From Bigelowiella natans CCMP2755 (lineage: Eukaryota > Protista > Cercozoa), in assembly GCA_000320545.1 (NCBI GenBank), contig ADNK01000870.1:135619-199618 (forward strand): a stretch of 64,000 nucleotides of DNA, read 5' to 3'. A model generated the notes under the pieces. It had not been told where the DNA came from and did no database searches. It saw only the letters and a list, made by a program, of their open reading frames with translations. Below, in pieces: positions 1 to 15,333 of this stretch. The stretch's first letter is position 1. Each line of letters starts with the position of its first letter. Position numbers and translations under genes: made by a program.

Positions 1-386
1 CAAAACAATATGAGGTGACGTCTGCAAGAATTGACCGGCAATTCCTTCTCTCAAGACGTCGTTGATGCGAAGAAGAATTTGTTGGCCATGAGACGATAAT
101 CCTGATATAGTTCTACCAACATCACCACCTACAATGGAAGATGATCCACTTGATGATGATGATGATGATAAACTGCCACCTGCCCCTTCCATACCTATCT
201 TTACAGAAACACGCCCCGTGATAGAGAAGAAGATTGCATCGAGTAGGTGTACGGGTAGCTCCCAACGTAAAGGACTTAGATCCAAGGTTTTCTTGGGGCC
301 AATAGGGAAGTTCAGCTCGGAACGAAGAGGATGAAGTAGCAGATCTACTTCGTCAAGTATCAGCACACCGTTATTGCTCCAAAGCC

Positions 387-418
<32 letters not shown>

Positions 419-3098
419 ATGATGATGATCACGACGATATGTGAAATATTAGACGACGATAAGGAACCATTAGAAAGATAAGGCGGAGACAGATTATTCG
501 AATACAAGAGTTACAAAGCAGGGATGTCAGTAGCAATAGTGCTGTGCAGAACAAAGAGTGTTTGCTATATACAGAAATTAGTCATCATCATCATCAGCTG
601 TCTAATGTATTAGAAAGGAAACCGCATGATTCTGGCAATTTCGTCCGCCATGACGCTCTTGATCCTTAGCCGTTTTTCGCCTACTTTCGTAAGCCTTGGG
701 GGAGCACATCTCATGGCATCAAGAAGCTCAATATGCTTTAGCATAAGACTCTTTATCGCCTCTGAAGTGGTTACCACAACCCCCTTTGTGGTTCTTGCAT
801 CTTTGAGCTTGGAGTACATTTTAGTTATCTCTCCTACCCATACACATGAGCGATCGAAGGAGAAAGTGTGTACACGTTTGGGAATGACCCTTGTGAAACG
901 TGCACGCATGACATTTCTTGACATTTCAAGGAGAGATGAAGGAACGACGAGAGTGACTAATGATTTTCCATCCGCTAGGATCAGGGATAACATAGGGCCA
1001 ACCACCTATAAGGAGAGAGAGAGAGGGAGGAGAAGGAGAAGGAAACGAGGAAAGAGAGAGGGAGAACAACATATAACTAATGATCAGGACAAAATACTAA
1101 ATTCCAAAGTTTTAGGGCATCGTAACTGTAGAGTAGGCGATTCTATGAGTAAACTGAGAAAATATACACGATTTTCTCCCCCCCCCCTTCCTCCTCTCCC
1201 TAATTTTCCTGTATTTGTTCTTGTTCTCCTTCTTCTTCTTCTTCTCCTTCACCACATGCATACCGTGCTTTTCCCTGCGCCCATGATCATCTGCCTTACT
1301 AGACTCCGATTTTCTTTATTCGCAGCGAGAAAGGTGTTGATGAGAGCAACCTGCTTACTTCTAAGCAGGATATTGTAAAGGTACTCGAAAATCAAATAGC
1401 GAGGGTCAAACTCCAGCTTGTGCGTCTTCTCTGCTGGCATTCCTGTTCCCATGCAGAAACGCCTTGAAGTCAAGAGCTTTGCAAGCTCTGTAGCTTTATG
1501 TCCCAACAACTTTTGCAACTCTTTGCGTGATTCGATGTCCATAGCGTCGAGGCCTTTTGAATGGGCCTGGAGGAGTTGTTGGAGGCTGAGAGCTCGTGAA
1601 AGGCAGCGATCAATACATCCCTGACGATTGACTCGAAGCATGAATCCGATTGTCATTCGCAAGATCAGTTTGATGTTCTTCTCGGTGAGGAAAGGATTTA
1701 AACGTAGCAGTTCTACACCAGGGTTAGCTGAGAGCGTCGTTGCACACAGATATCTAATATGTTATAATTATCGTCATTTTATCATCATTCATTACTTCAT
1801 GATATCATTATTGCTACTACAAAGGAACAGCAGCAAGGTCGTCTCATGTAGGAAAAGATAATTATGATGATGATAATTCAAAAATCCTTCTATATTCAAA
1901 TCCTCCTCCTATTTTTTAAAATGCTTTCTACTGTCGTTATTTTCTCAATCATAATCGCCACCAAGAAGATAGTATTCAATCTTGACACCACCACCATCAT
2001 CATCATCATTATAATTATTCAATTGATCATTGTTGCATACATGCATACATGCATGCATGGTTACTCACTCTAGCCAGATATTAGTCTCTGTCTGAGCTTT
2101 TCGTTGAAGAAGGAAGAGATATCGGTTTTCCTGCTGATTGAAACCATGTCGTTGTTCCATTGTTATCATCGCTGTATCTTCTCTTCTCCCCCCCGCTGCT
2201 TCTTCTTCATTTTCTTCCTCTTTCTCATCATCGTTTTGGTGAGAAGAAGCAGCAGCAGCAGCAGCAGGAGGAGGAGGAGGAGGAGGAGGAGCAACAGCCT
2301 GGATCAACTCCGACCAGCTTTCATCACTATTATTACTAGTTTTTGTACTGTTTTTGGGAGTGTTTCTTTTCTTCTCATCTCCTTGTTCGTTATCGTCGTC
2401 CTCGTTATCGTCATGTTGTAAAGGATCTCGTAGCTTAGGTAGAAGATCGCTACGATTCTGATCCAGTTCCACGTTATTTGCTATTGTGATGAGATATTTG
2501 GTGAGCAAATGAATCTGGTTGGTGTCTTGTTGTCTTAATTCGAGTAGGTTTGTAATTAAGTTCTGGAGGAACGTGCTCCCCTTGGAACAGAGGGCGTTCA
2601 AAGCAGAGGCATCAGGATTCTCCGAGGATATGATATCAAAGTCATCGTCCATTAGACCAATCAAGCCGGGAACCTTCTTGGCATTCTCCATCTCGGCATG
2701 TAGCTTTATATCTTTCTCTAATCGTTTCAACATCTCCCTGTTATCATGTTACAATAACAATGTTACGTTAGTGGGTGATACATATAATGAGGATGGTGAT
2801 GATGATGATAACGGCATGTAAGTAAAAGTAGTAGTAGTAGTTGTTTGTGCAGGAGATATACAGACATTAGTCAGTTGTTCCTCACTACTTCATTTTATCA
2901 TTACCAGAATAAAAGCATAGCTTAACAAACCATACAGAGATACTATCATTATTGCTAATAGTAGTAGTAGTAGTAGTAGTAGTAGTCATGGTAGATTTTC
3001 TACTAGATATTCTTCTTCTTGTTCTTCCTGTTCTCCTCCAAGTCTCTCCCCCTCCCTCTCTCCTCCCTTTCTCAATAATCTTGATCTTCACTACCACC

Positions 3099-3142
<44 letters not shown>

Positions 3143-5211
3143 CACTACTACCTAGCGACATGACTATCCGCAGCATCATGTTTAGTGAGGTCAAAAGGCA
3201 TTCTCCCTGGAAGATTCTTGGATCTTTCTTCAACCTTAACAAACGTGTCGAGTCCTATAGGACCTAGAGGCGACGTACGCATCCATTCACAATCTTGACT
3301 GCTCAACTCTATTTTCATTCCTTCCTTTTCTTCCCCTCCCTCCTCCTCCTCCTTCTCCTTCTCCTCCTTTTCTCTCTCATTGAGGAGGAGAAATGGCTCA
3401 AGACGTCTCGAAGCACAGCTGAAATCTGTAACTTGAGGTAGTGGTTTAACAGAGGAATAAGGAGGAACTGGAATCCTGGAGATAATTGCAGGATTCAATG
3501 GAGGGTAGTGTAAAGCCTTGATACGGCTTGAAGAGCTCACTACAGGACGAAGTCTTTCGATAAATTGAGATAAATGACGTCCAAATTCCGTTGGACCTGC
3601 AAAGCTGTATGTTTGCTGTCCCTCGCTCAATTGATGAGCAAGATAGCTGGGTAGTTGTGGCAGTGACGATGGAGATGAGGTCCAGTGATGTAAAAGGCCA
3701 AGAATAACGTATGGGTACCATGAATTATCGTTATAGCTTGACTTAAGCTCTAGGTTAGCCCTGCCCCCCCACTGCATGTTCTTCAACAATAGAATACGTG
3801 CAAACAGCTTTCCAAGGCTCTTTGAGTTATTTTGTCGTGGATCAACGAGGTATATCTCCACACGATTCAATAGCAGCTCAAGTACAAAGTAGAAACCTAA
3901 TTGCCTTACAACCCCTGTGACCTGATCCTTCCACATTTCATTTAGCGTCTCAATGGCTGAGCTTTGCCGTAGTCTTCCCATTTGCGGTCTATAATACTCG
4001 CACTGTGCTCTCCAAGTACGATGATTGGGAGAGTAATCTTGAAAGAAAAGGTCAATCTGTCGCTCAACTTTATCCCACGTAGTTGCTTCACCATACTGCA
4101 TGTCGTTCTGTCCGTGTGTGAAGAGATCATCATCATTAATAACACCACTTTTATTCTTGGCCTCCTTCTCATCCTTTTTCTTCTTGTTCCTTGTCGTCGT
4201 TGAAGTAGTACCATCTTCCCCCCTTCCCGCCAATAACATGAGAATGTAGTTATGTCGGTTGGAGAGTTCCGCATCTAGTGCACCGCGTTGTATATCGAGC
4301 TGGTTTTCAACCTTGTCGTATTGAGCAAATTCATTGCTGTTCCTTATATGATCCAACAGAAGGGTCTCTTCATCAAGAGATAGCTTACAATCAGCAGACA
4401 CTTGATCTAGTTTTAAGATATACTCTTTAAACTCCGATTGCAGCTCCCACAACTCCTCTATATTCATTCCAGAGAACATAACAACAAGGCTGAACTTGAG
4501 CCTCACAGCGTGTGCGTTGGGATGTTTGTCGCGATTTGCCATACGTAACTGTCTAAACACCCAAGCTTCGTCCTGAGCGAGCTTACGATCAGCCTACATA
4601 CGAGAATATATAACAACAATATTAACAATAGATGTAGACGATGCCTGACTGCATTTAAGGAGAGCACCGTTGCAACCAGCAAAGGATTAGGCTAGTGATG
4701 TTTGTACTTCAAATTGATTCATCCTCTTCTTCTTTTTATCTCTTATCAGCAGCACAGCAGCATAGCATAGCATAGCATATCATTGATTGATTGATTCTTG
4801 CGTGCTTACTACTACTACTACTACTACTACTACCTCACAGCTCTGCACCACTCGAAACGCCATTTGGTACTGCCTCGACATCATTCTGAGGAGAATGAGG
4901 TACATTGCCGACGAGAGAGTTGGTGTGACTAGGAAGGTGTGAGATCCATGAATAGGATAGAGGTAGACCCTAGACGCCATACCTGTTCATCATGATCATG
5001 ATGATAATGTAATCAATCAATCAATCAATCAACCAACCAATTAATCAATGGATAACAAATCTGCAGTAGCTAAATCAGCACAGCCAGAGTAATAGTAATA
5101 ACAACAAGAATAATAATTAATTACAAGGAGATAGATGAAGATAAATAGAACTTATCTTACACCTGATGAGCGCAACAACAATACTGTCACCCCCCGCTAC
5201 TACCCCCACTG

Positions 5212-5242
<31 letters not shown>

Positions 5243-6564
5243 ATAAGTACTTTCGAGCCACTCTGGATCACGGTGATCCATTTTAAGCTCTGTGGAAAGC
5301 GGACAGCGACTAATGTATGGGCGATGTACGGGACAATTGGACACCATAAGGAAGAGTTCTCTTGAAGCATTCTCCATCAGTAAGCTGTGTGGAATCCCTG
5401 TCGAGAGCTTGTTCAGTCTCTCGTCACGTAAATCACTGATGTAGAGATCAGAATGATCAAGGGAATACAATCGCTCCTTGCCGTCGTTATCACGCCGTGG
5501 TGAGAATCGAAGCTTTAGCCTTGGAAGCTCGATCAAACTGATCTGGCAAAGACTTCCATACCTATAAACATGTTGTTGGAAAGTTGTAGTAGTAGTAGTA
5601 GTAGTAGTAGTAGTAACAATCAACAAAGAGATGATAGAAACACATGTCGATATAACCACGAGTTAATTAGGTAACATATATGACAGAACATAATTCATTA
5701 TGATCTATCTATCTATCTACCTATCACCAACATCTCTGCAGCAGCATGATGATGATATTGGTACAACATAACCCTGCTGCAAATATATTGAGTGCTACCA
5801 CACACCTCTACACATCACTCACACAGTTACTACTACTACTACTACTTACTCCGTGACTGTTGATTCAGTCCATGCAAGGATATGGCCAAGGTCTTCTATC
5901 CTCGAAAGTACGTTAACCATCCTTCCAAGTACAGACTCTTTTGGCACAGAAAGCAAGTCGAACAACACCATCATGTGATGATCCTTTTGTGACTTTGAAC
6001 GAATTAGCTTAGGGACGATGTCGTCTTCTTCCAATGCCATCATCGCAGCATCCTTGGCGTCACCATCACCACCACCACCACCACTTTTGTCAAGATTTGC
6101 CAGTTCCCCCTTCATTGCAGAGATTTTTTCCTGATTCTTTGGGTTTGCGAGCCACGACTGCGCGATTGGTAAGTCGTACTTGAACTGCTCCAAGACCTTG
6201 AATTCATATTATGTTGACTAACATCATCCCCAATTAAACTTGCTTTATTATATTCGATCGTTATCTACATTCTATGTGTATTTGTAAATTTGTATCCTCA
6301 TCATCATACTACCTGCTTGGCAATGTGTCTTGGGTATCCTTGGCTTACAACAACCTCAAGTTTTGAGCTTTTGATTGCTACTACCATTGGATCATCATCA
6401 GCTAGCTGCATCTTCACGTCAAAAAAGTTCTTGGCTGCTATCTGTAGGGTATTCAATGAGGAGGAGGAGGAGGAGGAGGAGGAGGTGGAAGATGAGAAAT
6501 GAGAGTAGCAGCGAATAAGTTGCTGCATGGTTGAAGACTGCTGCTTTCCTGTGTATCTCTACTA

Positions 6565-6597
<33 letters not shown>

Positions 6598-7314
6598 TTA
6601 CTATTACCTCGGTGTTTGCCTTGACGTCGCTCTTTAAGAGTGGAGATCGTGTAATGACACCGCAAAGACTACTACTGCTACTACCAGCAGGACCAACTCC
6701 CTCCTCCTCCTCCTCCTTCTCCTTGTTGTCGTTGTTCTTGAAATCAATCAATCTAACACGAATCTTGTACTGAAAGTCAGGGTGGTGTAACTCCTTGGGA
6801 TATCTGTATATTGTCATAAGCACAAGTAGTATAAGGAAGGGGAGTCCTATATTATAAGCTAGGATGATGATATCTGTGTATTATTATCATTTTTATTAAT
6901 AAAAGCACAATGGATGGTATAACCAGCAGTACATGTGAAAAATAATGATGATGATGATGATGGTGGAAAGAAGGCCAAAGCTGATCGTTAGTGAAATAAC
7001 AACCCAACAAGATGGTCGTCGGTGTCTCGTTGCCAGAAGAAGAAGTTCTCTGTGAGAGCAGCTGGAATAACCCCTCTCAAGAAGCGCTCAGGTGTGAAGG
7101 TTTCCTCTATGTCGTCCTTGACATCCCTCGATATCACGACAGAATCTTTTAAAGCCACTTTACCGGTGATTTTACCAGCCTCATTCCGGAGCAAAGGATG
7201 GAACCTAGTAGTGGTGGTGGTAGTAGCAGTAGTAGTAGTAGTAGTAATAGGAGGAGTAGAAGGGGATAGATGATGGGGTTGGATGCGGCAATTAGCTTAC
7301 TTAGATATGAGGAC

Positions 7315-7348
<34 letters not shown>

Positions 7349-7420
7349 CTTCTTCGGTGCTTGAAAGTGGTTGCTAATAATAGAGACTGTGAACGTTTGT
7401 ATGTGTGTAATATTTCTCAA

Positions 7421-7458
<38 letters not shown>

Positions 7459-9688
7459 GTTGTGCTCTCCTCATCCGTCCATACCGCGTGTATAATAAGA
7501 TGATAATGTGACTGCTATGGATTTATTAGTTGATTTATTGATGTATTTGTGTTGTTGTTGTTGTTGTTACTGACGGTGATCCCCTATCATCCGTATCTGG
7601 CTTCATTGAGTAGTAGCAGTATCGTGTATTGGAAGTATAGACGAGGGATGGGTACATTCTGCGTCCATGCTCCAGCAAGACGTACATAAAACAAACATTC
7701 AAGTGCTTAACCACTTTGAAGATTCTCCATGTGCCCTTATCAAATGCTATGAGCGATGTTGAATAGGCATTCTCTCCAACAGGTTCCTTGGACATGAAGA
7801 ATCGCTTCTCTTTCACGTAAGGAACCTTTTTCCACTGTCCAAACTTCGATAAAATCGTTGGCTCGACAACCTAACAACATTGTACCAACAACCTCATATT
7901 TGGCGCTATCCATCCATCATTATCTATTCACCACCTTTTTGTATCTAGTCTCATTGATTCAATTCATTATGCACAGCAATCACAACCACGACTTACCTTG
8001 AGAATCCATCTTTCCTCAGGACGAATCTTATCACTTGGAAATGGCCTTGAATACTCTATCCCCTGCCAACGAAAGCCTCTCTCTCCTTCTGCTATAGGAT
8101 GAGGCATGTTGATCATAGTTCTTTTTTCATCTTTAGGTTCGTCCCATCTTCTGATGTTGTAGCTTCTTCCCACGAGTCTCACCCATTGTCGATGTTCATG
8201 TGCAGCTACAAGCGCACAGTGTTGCGGCTCCTTGCCAAAGATCAGAGCAAAGTCGTCGGTTCTTGCCATATGGTTAGGGACGGGCTCGATATGAGAATTA
8301 CGGAAATACAACTCTATACTCTGAATATTGATTTCAATCTCTTCTTTCTTACCACAGAAGACTCCTGTATTTCCATCACCAGAGCGAGCTACCCACCCAC
8401 TCGACTGTAATCGTTGATTTCTTGTAGCTACACGCAAGATACTCTGCATTACAGCATCTACCTCTTTGGCCGAGGCCTGTATAATATCATATAATACAAT
8501 GACGTGTGTGTGTGTGTGTGCTAGTATAAGAATACTACTTGTTGCGGGTATTTGAATCACCACCACCACCAGCAGCAGCACCACCACTACCGACCCACCT
8601 ACCTACCTACCTTCTTAAACCACTTAACAAGGCCTTGCCGGTGTATATTGAGCATATCAAAGTAGACATGTTCGGCAACTAGTAGTGGTTTTTCTATCTT
8701 AAGTCGTTCTGCTTGAGCTTGTTCCCTGGAGGACTGCTGCTTGCTACTACGCTTTCGTACGTCGCCGTCAGCAGCTTTTGCCTCTCGAATACGACGTTTC
8801 TTCTCTTCTTCCATTGCACCTTGTCCTAATCCTGGGGAATGCCAGGTTTGTAAGAAGGCAAGATACGCCTATATGTAGTAGACAAAGATGATGATGGTGA
8901 TGATGATGATGATGATGATGACGACGGAGTAATCGGTAATCAAGCACCAAAGACAAAAGTTAACCAAGACTTTGACAGCAGCAGGTCAAAATGCCATAAT
9001 ACGTAGGAGCGGAAAACAGATTATTGTATTACTACCATCATTGGTTGAACATTAGCAAGTGAAATATTCTCCGAGTAATGGACACCACGGTAAAGGATGG
9101 TCAGATGGGCATTCATGATGCATGAGTGCCTCAAATCACTTTGATCTTGTGCTTGCTGCTCCCACTGAACTAAGATCGGCCGTGCTTTATCTATCAGTAT
9201 TTCATGAATCTTCTTGGAATATCCCTCAAGTTTCTCTTTCTTACTAGCCTCCAGCTTCGTTTTCTTCGCATCGTCATTGTGGTCATTAAGCAAAAAGGAG
9301 ATAAATCTGTGCACACCAGATAGCATTCTGATAACAAAGAGGATGATGCTTGTGGATGAAGATGTATAAGATCCCGTATTAAGATAGAGAGCATCCTCTG
9401 TAAGCTGAAGCATGGATGAAACCAGCACATCGGGAGCATGTTCCAATTCATTGAGCAATAATCCATTTGGACAACCGATAAGCTCATCTCCTTTAGCAGG
9501 GACGTAACGGATATCTGGTGCATCTTCAGGAGTCCAACGCATTGGTTCGAAAAGTACACTCTCTAGAAGCTCTTGGAGTTGAAGATTCAACAATGCTGAT
9601 ACGCGGTCTTTGGTTGAGAAAAACGATACGACGATAGGAATACGCATATACGGCGCTGTCAAAGCAGATAATAGGTACCTAGTGGATT

Positions 9689-9723
<35 letters not shown>

Positions 9724-12301
9724 AGAAAGAAAGAGAGGAAAGAGGAGGGATTTGGTCAGTGACGGCAGCAGAGAACTACTAGTGAACATAATTCGCTACT
9801 ACTACTAGTACTAGTACTAAAAGATCAATAATCAGTAGTACTCTGAATCTTCCTGGCTAAGAGCGTTGTTGAAGGTGGGAAGCTGCCTTTGATGTAACAC
9901 ATCGTCCTCAGTGATTTTCTCGAGGGATTCTGCAGCTCCTTTCTTTACCCAAAGCTTTGGGTCAGCTGGACTCTTTTTGGGCTTGGTTTCAATACAAACA
10001 AATTCTTGGTTGAAACACGATGCATTGAGATCAACCTGCGTCTTTGCACTGTTTATTCCACCTGGCTCCTTGATCTTCCATCCTATAGCTGCATGTGATA
10101 TAGTCCATCTCTGGAGCTTAACATGCCTTCGATGTGCCGTGTCAGTCACAAGAATGCGGTACAGCAATGCCGTATCTCTCAGAGCGAGTAACTCTGGATG
10201 TTCTTCAGCAAAGGGAGACTTATGGTGTGTTAAGTACCACGTTGCTGCTTCGATAAAGGAGATTCCATCGTCCATCGTCTTGTTCTCCTCATCCTTTGGC
10301 TGCAAATCATACCCCATCACATTGCAAAGAACCTTTACCATCTCCATTGTTGGTGAGTTCTTGCTCAAAAAGGTAGTGCAATTATGTCGAGTTTTAAAGT
10401 TAAACAGCGCCTTCTTGCCGTGTTTTTCTTGTGCTAAAAAGTATCTGAGCATCTTTCCACGTGCAACGGCTAGAGTTGGTTCCAAAATCAATGCAGTGTC
10501 TGTGATTTCATCTATGTGTGTACCGTACCCATCATACATGCAAACATAGAAATCTGGTTGAAGCAGTTTCATGGCAGCCTCTCGATTGAACAAAGGGGGG
10601 GACGATGATGATGATGATGATGACTTCTGTTCTCCGTCCTTTTCTTCGCTATTGGAAGACGAAGAAGTAGTAGTAGTAGCAGCAGCAGCAGCTGGTGATG
10701 ATGATGAGGAGTGTGCAGTAGCATCAGCAGAAGAACCAGCTGCTCCCCCCCCCCCTTTTTGTTCGTCTTTTCCTGTTGGTGTGAGAGTGTTTTCCTTCTC
10801 TTCTCGTTTCTTTTTGCGTTCAGCATTGCGTTCTTGTATCTTTTTGTTCTCCTCGATTATCATTTGTCTAGCAGAGGTTTCAATCATTATCGCAGTCATA
10901 AGGTTGTCTGGCGTTGTGTCCATGAGTTTCTCTGCTGCTGCTTGCATGTTATTATTGCAATTTCTCAAAGCCCAATCTACAGCAAGCTTTTCATAGCCAA
11001 ATGCCATGAGTTGCATTGCCTTTTCTGAATCAGCCTCAATTAAGGGACGTGTTTTCTCTTCTAACTCTCCCTTTTCAAGGCGTTGAACAAAAGTCGTCAG
11101 TTTTTGTTCAAGTTGCCTTGGATCAGCTTCAGTGAGCGTATCAAGCTCCATATCAAGGTACAAGAACTTGAAGGTAGGAAAGCTTCTCACATGGTAACGA
11201 CGAGCAAGGGCACTTAATTTCTCGGAGTCAAGTTTGAGCATCACGACAGGTTTTTTGTTGAATTTCCGACCCAATGTAGCGTAGATGGGAGTCATTTCCT
11301 TGCACTCTTTGGACTTCGCAGAGAAAAAGTCAATGACAACAAGCTTGTCGGCGTCGTTCGCTGCCTTTATTTCCGCGTTGAATTCCTCTTCAGATTTGAC
11401 GATTTTGAGTGCAGTTGGACCCCTTGCGCGCTGCTTTGATCCTGAGAACAGGTGCTGTGTACCGTTGAGCACCATTGCAACTGTAGAGGGTTTATCTGTA
11501 CTATATGTTCGCACTATTGCGTCCAAGCATGCCATTATGCATGCCATCACGACAATGTTAGCCCCTCGAAACTCTCGATTTGACTGAACGGATCGAGCTG
11601 CTGCAGTGTAATAGCGAGCAAGCTGCTGCAGGCTGTCAATAATCTGTAGATATTGTTCTCGTTTCATTTCCATTGAAGCCCATATGCAATCCTTGAGCTC
11701 TTTTCGCTCAGCAGGAGGAATGGGCATAGGAAGCACCTAAGTATTTGTTTATCCGCAATAGTTATGATAATGATGACGATGATGTTAATCATGTACTACT
11801 ACTGAGAGTAGTCGTAGTTGATCATGTCGTTGTTGTTGTTATATCGTTGTTACAATAGATATATTGTTTGTTCTTCCTTATCGTTCGTTCTACGCACTTG
11901 CACGAAAAGTTGCTGAATCAGAGAGCAGATATAAAAATAGCTGTTGGAGGTGTGCTTTCGGGACAAGAGCTTGCACAAGTTAAGACACATATCGATTGCT
12001 TCCAGTGCCTACGATCATAGACGAAGGAGAAGGAGAAGAAGACGAAGGAGGAGGAGGAGGAGACGAAGGAGGAGGAGAAGGAGGAAGAAAATATCAAGGA
12101 GACGGTGATTCTTCTATTATTCCTGTGTTCTTACTTCGCTGTTAAACAACAAACAAACAAACAAACAAACCAACCGATTTTGAATCCTTAGCGAATATCG
12201 TTGGGAGCTTGGCCATATCGATTAGATGATTGTGAGGGACCGCATCCTGCCAACCAGCAAACGCCTCCACTGATTTGTCGCGCTTATACACTTGGAACCC
12301 T

Positions 12302-12333
<32 letters not shown>

Positions 12334-13492
12334 AGTAGTAAGTAGTAAGCAGAAATGAGAAATTAGGTATATTACCGATACAGAAAATCATAATAATAAT
12401 AATAAGAAGAGTAAGAGAATAATAGCCATTATTACTATACTAATTTCATTTCTAGCAAATAACCGAAGGGAAAAGAAGAAGAAGAAGAAGAAGAAGAAGA
12501 AGAAGAGAAGGGAAAAGATTATAAAGTCAGCAGTTAACATAACATGGCAGCCCTCATTAAGCACTACCATCACCACCATCAGCACTAGCAGAAAGCAGCA
12601 GAAAGAATCATCACCTCTTAACGGTCCCCACTTGTCTTCGGACTTTGGTTTCAGCTTTGGAATCATTCTCACATCGATACCATTTGCTCTACGAATTGTC
12701 ATTTCTTCTATTTGTTCTATTTTTGCCAAAATCTCCGCCAAGTTGGCCCCTTTCAATCGGCCTGCTTTCGACTCAGATGATGCAGCTGACGAGTTTATAT
12801 GATGATGGTGACGATGGTGATGATGATGATGACGATGGTGATAATGGGAACAATAGTTAGATAGTTCTACAGACAGGCAGCAGTCGTTAGTGTACTACGA
12901 GTGAATGATTCAATCGATGAGTCAATACTCGTTGGAACTTCTGCCACTACTAGTACCAGCTACTTCTCTCTTAATTTTTTTCTGCTGGCAGCATCATCAT
13001 AGCTCTACAATTAGAAATAGTAATCACCGTTTGAGAGCTTTTGCGCTGCAATTCGGACGAGGCGTGCATCTGAGTGGTTGATTTGGCTGTTGACTTGCTG
13101 CATGTCACTGTGTACCATGTTCACCATAGCACGCATAAAGGCGAATCGGAACTGGATTATTTTGGCCTCCTCATGTAATCCGTGCTGCGCTAATAAGAAC
13201 TCAAAACAACGATTCACCGACGAGTAGTAGCAGGTCTCCGCTCTCTGAGAAAGAAGAAAGAATAAGAAAACTAAGGAGGAGAAGAAGAACCCCATATTAT
13301 AATTCATCACCATGAGAATAACTCATAATGAGTGAAATGTCGATGCATATATTACGCAGCTGTACTACTACTACTACTACTACTACTATCTATCTATCCT
13401 TACTACTACCATTCAACAGCCAAAACAATGAGTATAATTTGCAGTTAAGTGTATGTTCTACAACAAATTAGGTGGGTGCATTTGTGTGCGTG

Positions 13493-13547
<55 letters not shown>

Positions 13548-14023
13548 AGTTATTATTATGATTGTTGTGGTACTACAACTACGACCTGTGCAGGAAAGAA
13601 TCCTGTCCCAGGTTCTTTAGTAGCATTCTTGGCTTCAAGAGCGCAAGCACGGGCAAATGGCATGCCAAGAAGATGCGGGTAGAGCACATCGTAGAAGATT
13701 TCATGACGATGGTCATCGCTCTTGGTCACATGAATCTTAAAGAACATATACCAAAATCCATGATCGAGCACTCGCTCCTGAGGTATGTTGTGAAAGACAA
13801 CGGAAGCTTCGAATTTCATTCCAGGGGGTTGAGAGGCTGTAGACCGATGGAACTTAATCCCCTTGCCCAAGTTATGTATTGAAAGGCTGAAGCCCTCCTT
13901 CTCCTGCCGTTTCAATACATGCATAATGCAGTGACCAGAATCTGTATCTTGCCATCCTCCCGGTACTACCATCTCTTGACCAGATTTCAGATCGCTGAGT
14001 TGTAGTAGTAGTAATAGTAGTAA

Positions 14024-14059
<36 letters not shown>

Positions 14060-14323
14060 GAGGAGGAGGAGTGATGATGATGATTATAGATGATGATGCA
14101 GCAACAACATTTATTTATTAAAATGTGTGATAATATCACAGTCATCGCAGATAGTAACGGTGGAGTGCACAGTAATAGCAATAGTATAAGTAGTATTAGT
14201 GATGTAGTAGTGGTAGTGATAGTGGAAGTGCTTGATTGCTTGCAAACGTCATCCCATAGGATTAAGACATAGATAAGTAGCTGCAGCAAGTTTTGACTAG
14301 TGACAGTAAGAGGTGGCTACAAC

Positions 14324-14358
<35 letters not shown>

Positions 14359-15302
14359 AAACACAAGCTCACTTACTTTAGCTCTGTGGCAAATTTCTGG
14401 AGAAAAGAAGTAAAGTGGAAAGGCTGTTTGATTTTCATACATGCCCTTGAAAGCTCCATTCCCTTTTTGAACAGCTCGTTCACTTCAATAAGAGCCTTTA
14501 ATCATCACGAGGAAGAATCATCGTCAGCATACCCAAAACTCGAAGAAATGGAGAAAATAGTTGGCACACTGCATGTATGATACAATCTATTATTAGAAAC
14601 CTTTCGATCTTCCTCGTTGCAAAGGCTAATCCACTCGGGTCGGTTTTCAATGATTTTTTCTGTGACGAAGTGGTGTACGTGCTGCAAACGATAAAAGATG
14701 ATATTGCTAAATGAGAGAAGTAACTAAATTCCATTAGAAGATGTATTTTGAATGGACTTTCTCTTTTCCTCTCCTTTTTTCAAAACTTTCATGTGGTCAA
14801 GTAAGCAAATGAATAATACCATCAGGGCTGCTATGTCACCACATCGTTTATTGTCATCGCCCCGAGTTTCAGTGCTCTCAAGGCATCTTTATATTGCATT
14901 GCAAAGAGGGGTGGTAATTATACATAAAGACTCGACTTTGAATCTGCAAAGTACAAGTAAGACACTAGATTCCCTATCCCCCCCCCTCTCTCTTCCTTGT
15001 CCCTTAATTGTGTTGAATCATATGAGTTGCCATGGTTTTCAGTATCGGTGGAAATAAGTAAGCCTCCAATGAGTAGCAGCCAGAACCAACAAAGCATCAT
15101 CTTGTACTACTATTACGTATCGTAATACTTATTACCCTTCCAGGAACATTGAAATGAAAACTCGTTCGCACCATACAGGACCAGGCATTGGGTCGGTATG
15201 TTTTAACTTGTCGAGGCAGAACACTGGAAGCTTATATTTCTAAGTGAGTGGGTGAGTGAGTGAGAGAGTAAGTGAGTAGTGACACATATAATTGTTTTAC
15301 AA

Positions 15303-15333
<31 letters not shown>

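Noticed and set aside
626-1378. 250-aa plus-strand ORF and similar antisense ORFs (e.g. 9911-10549, 50675-51004)
   Set aside because: They are antisense shadows of real minus-strand exons and carry no independent motifs.
2885-3155. Poly-V/T/M/Y ORFs here and throughout the window
   Set aside because: They are translations of intronic triplet microsatellites.
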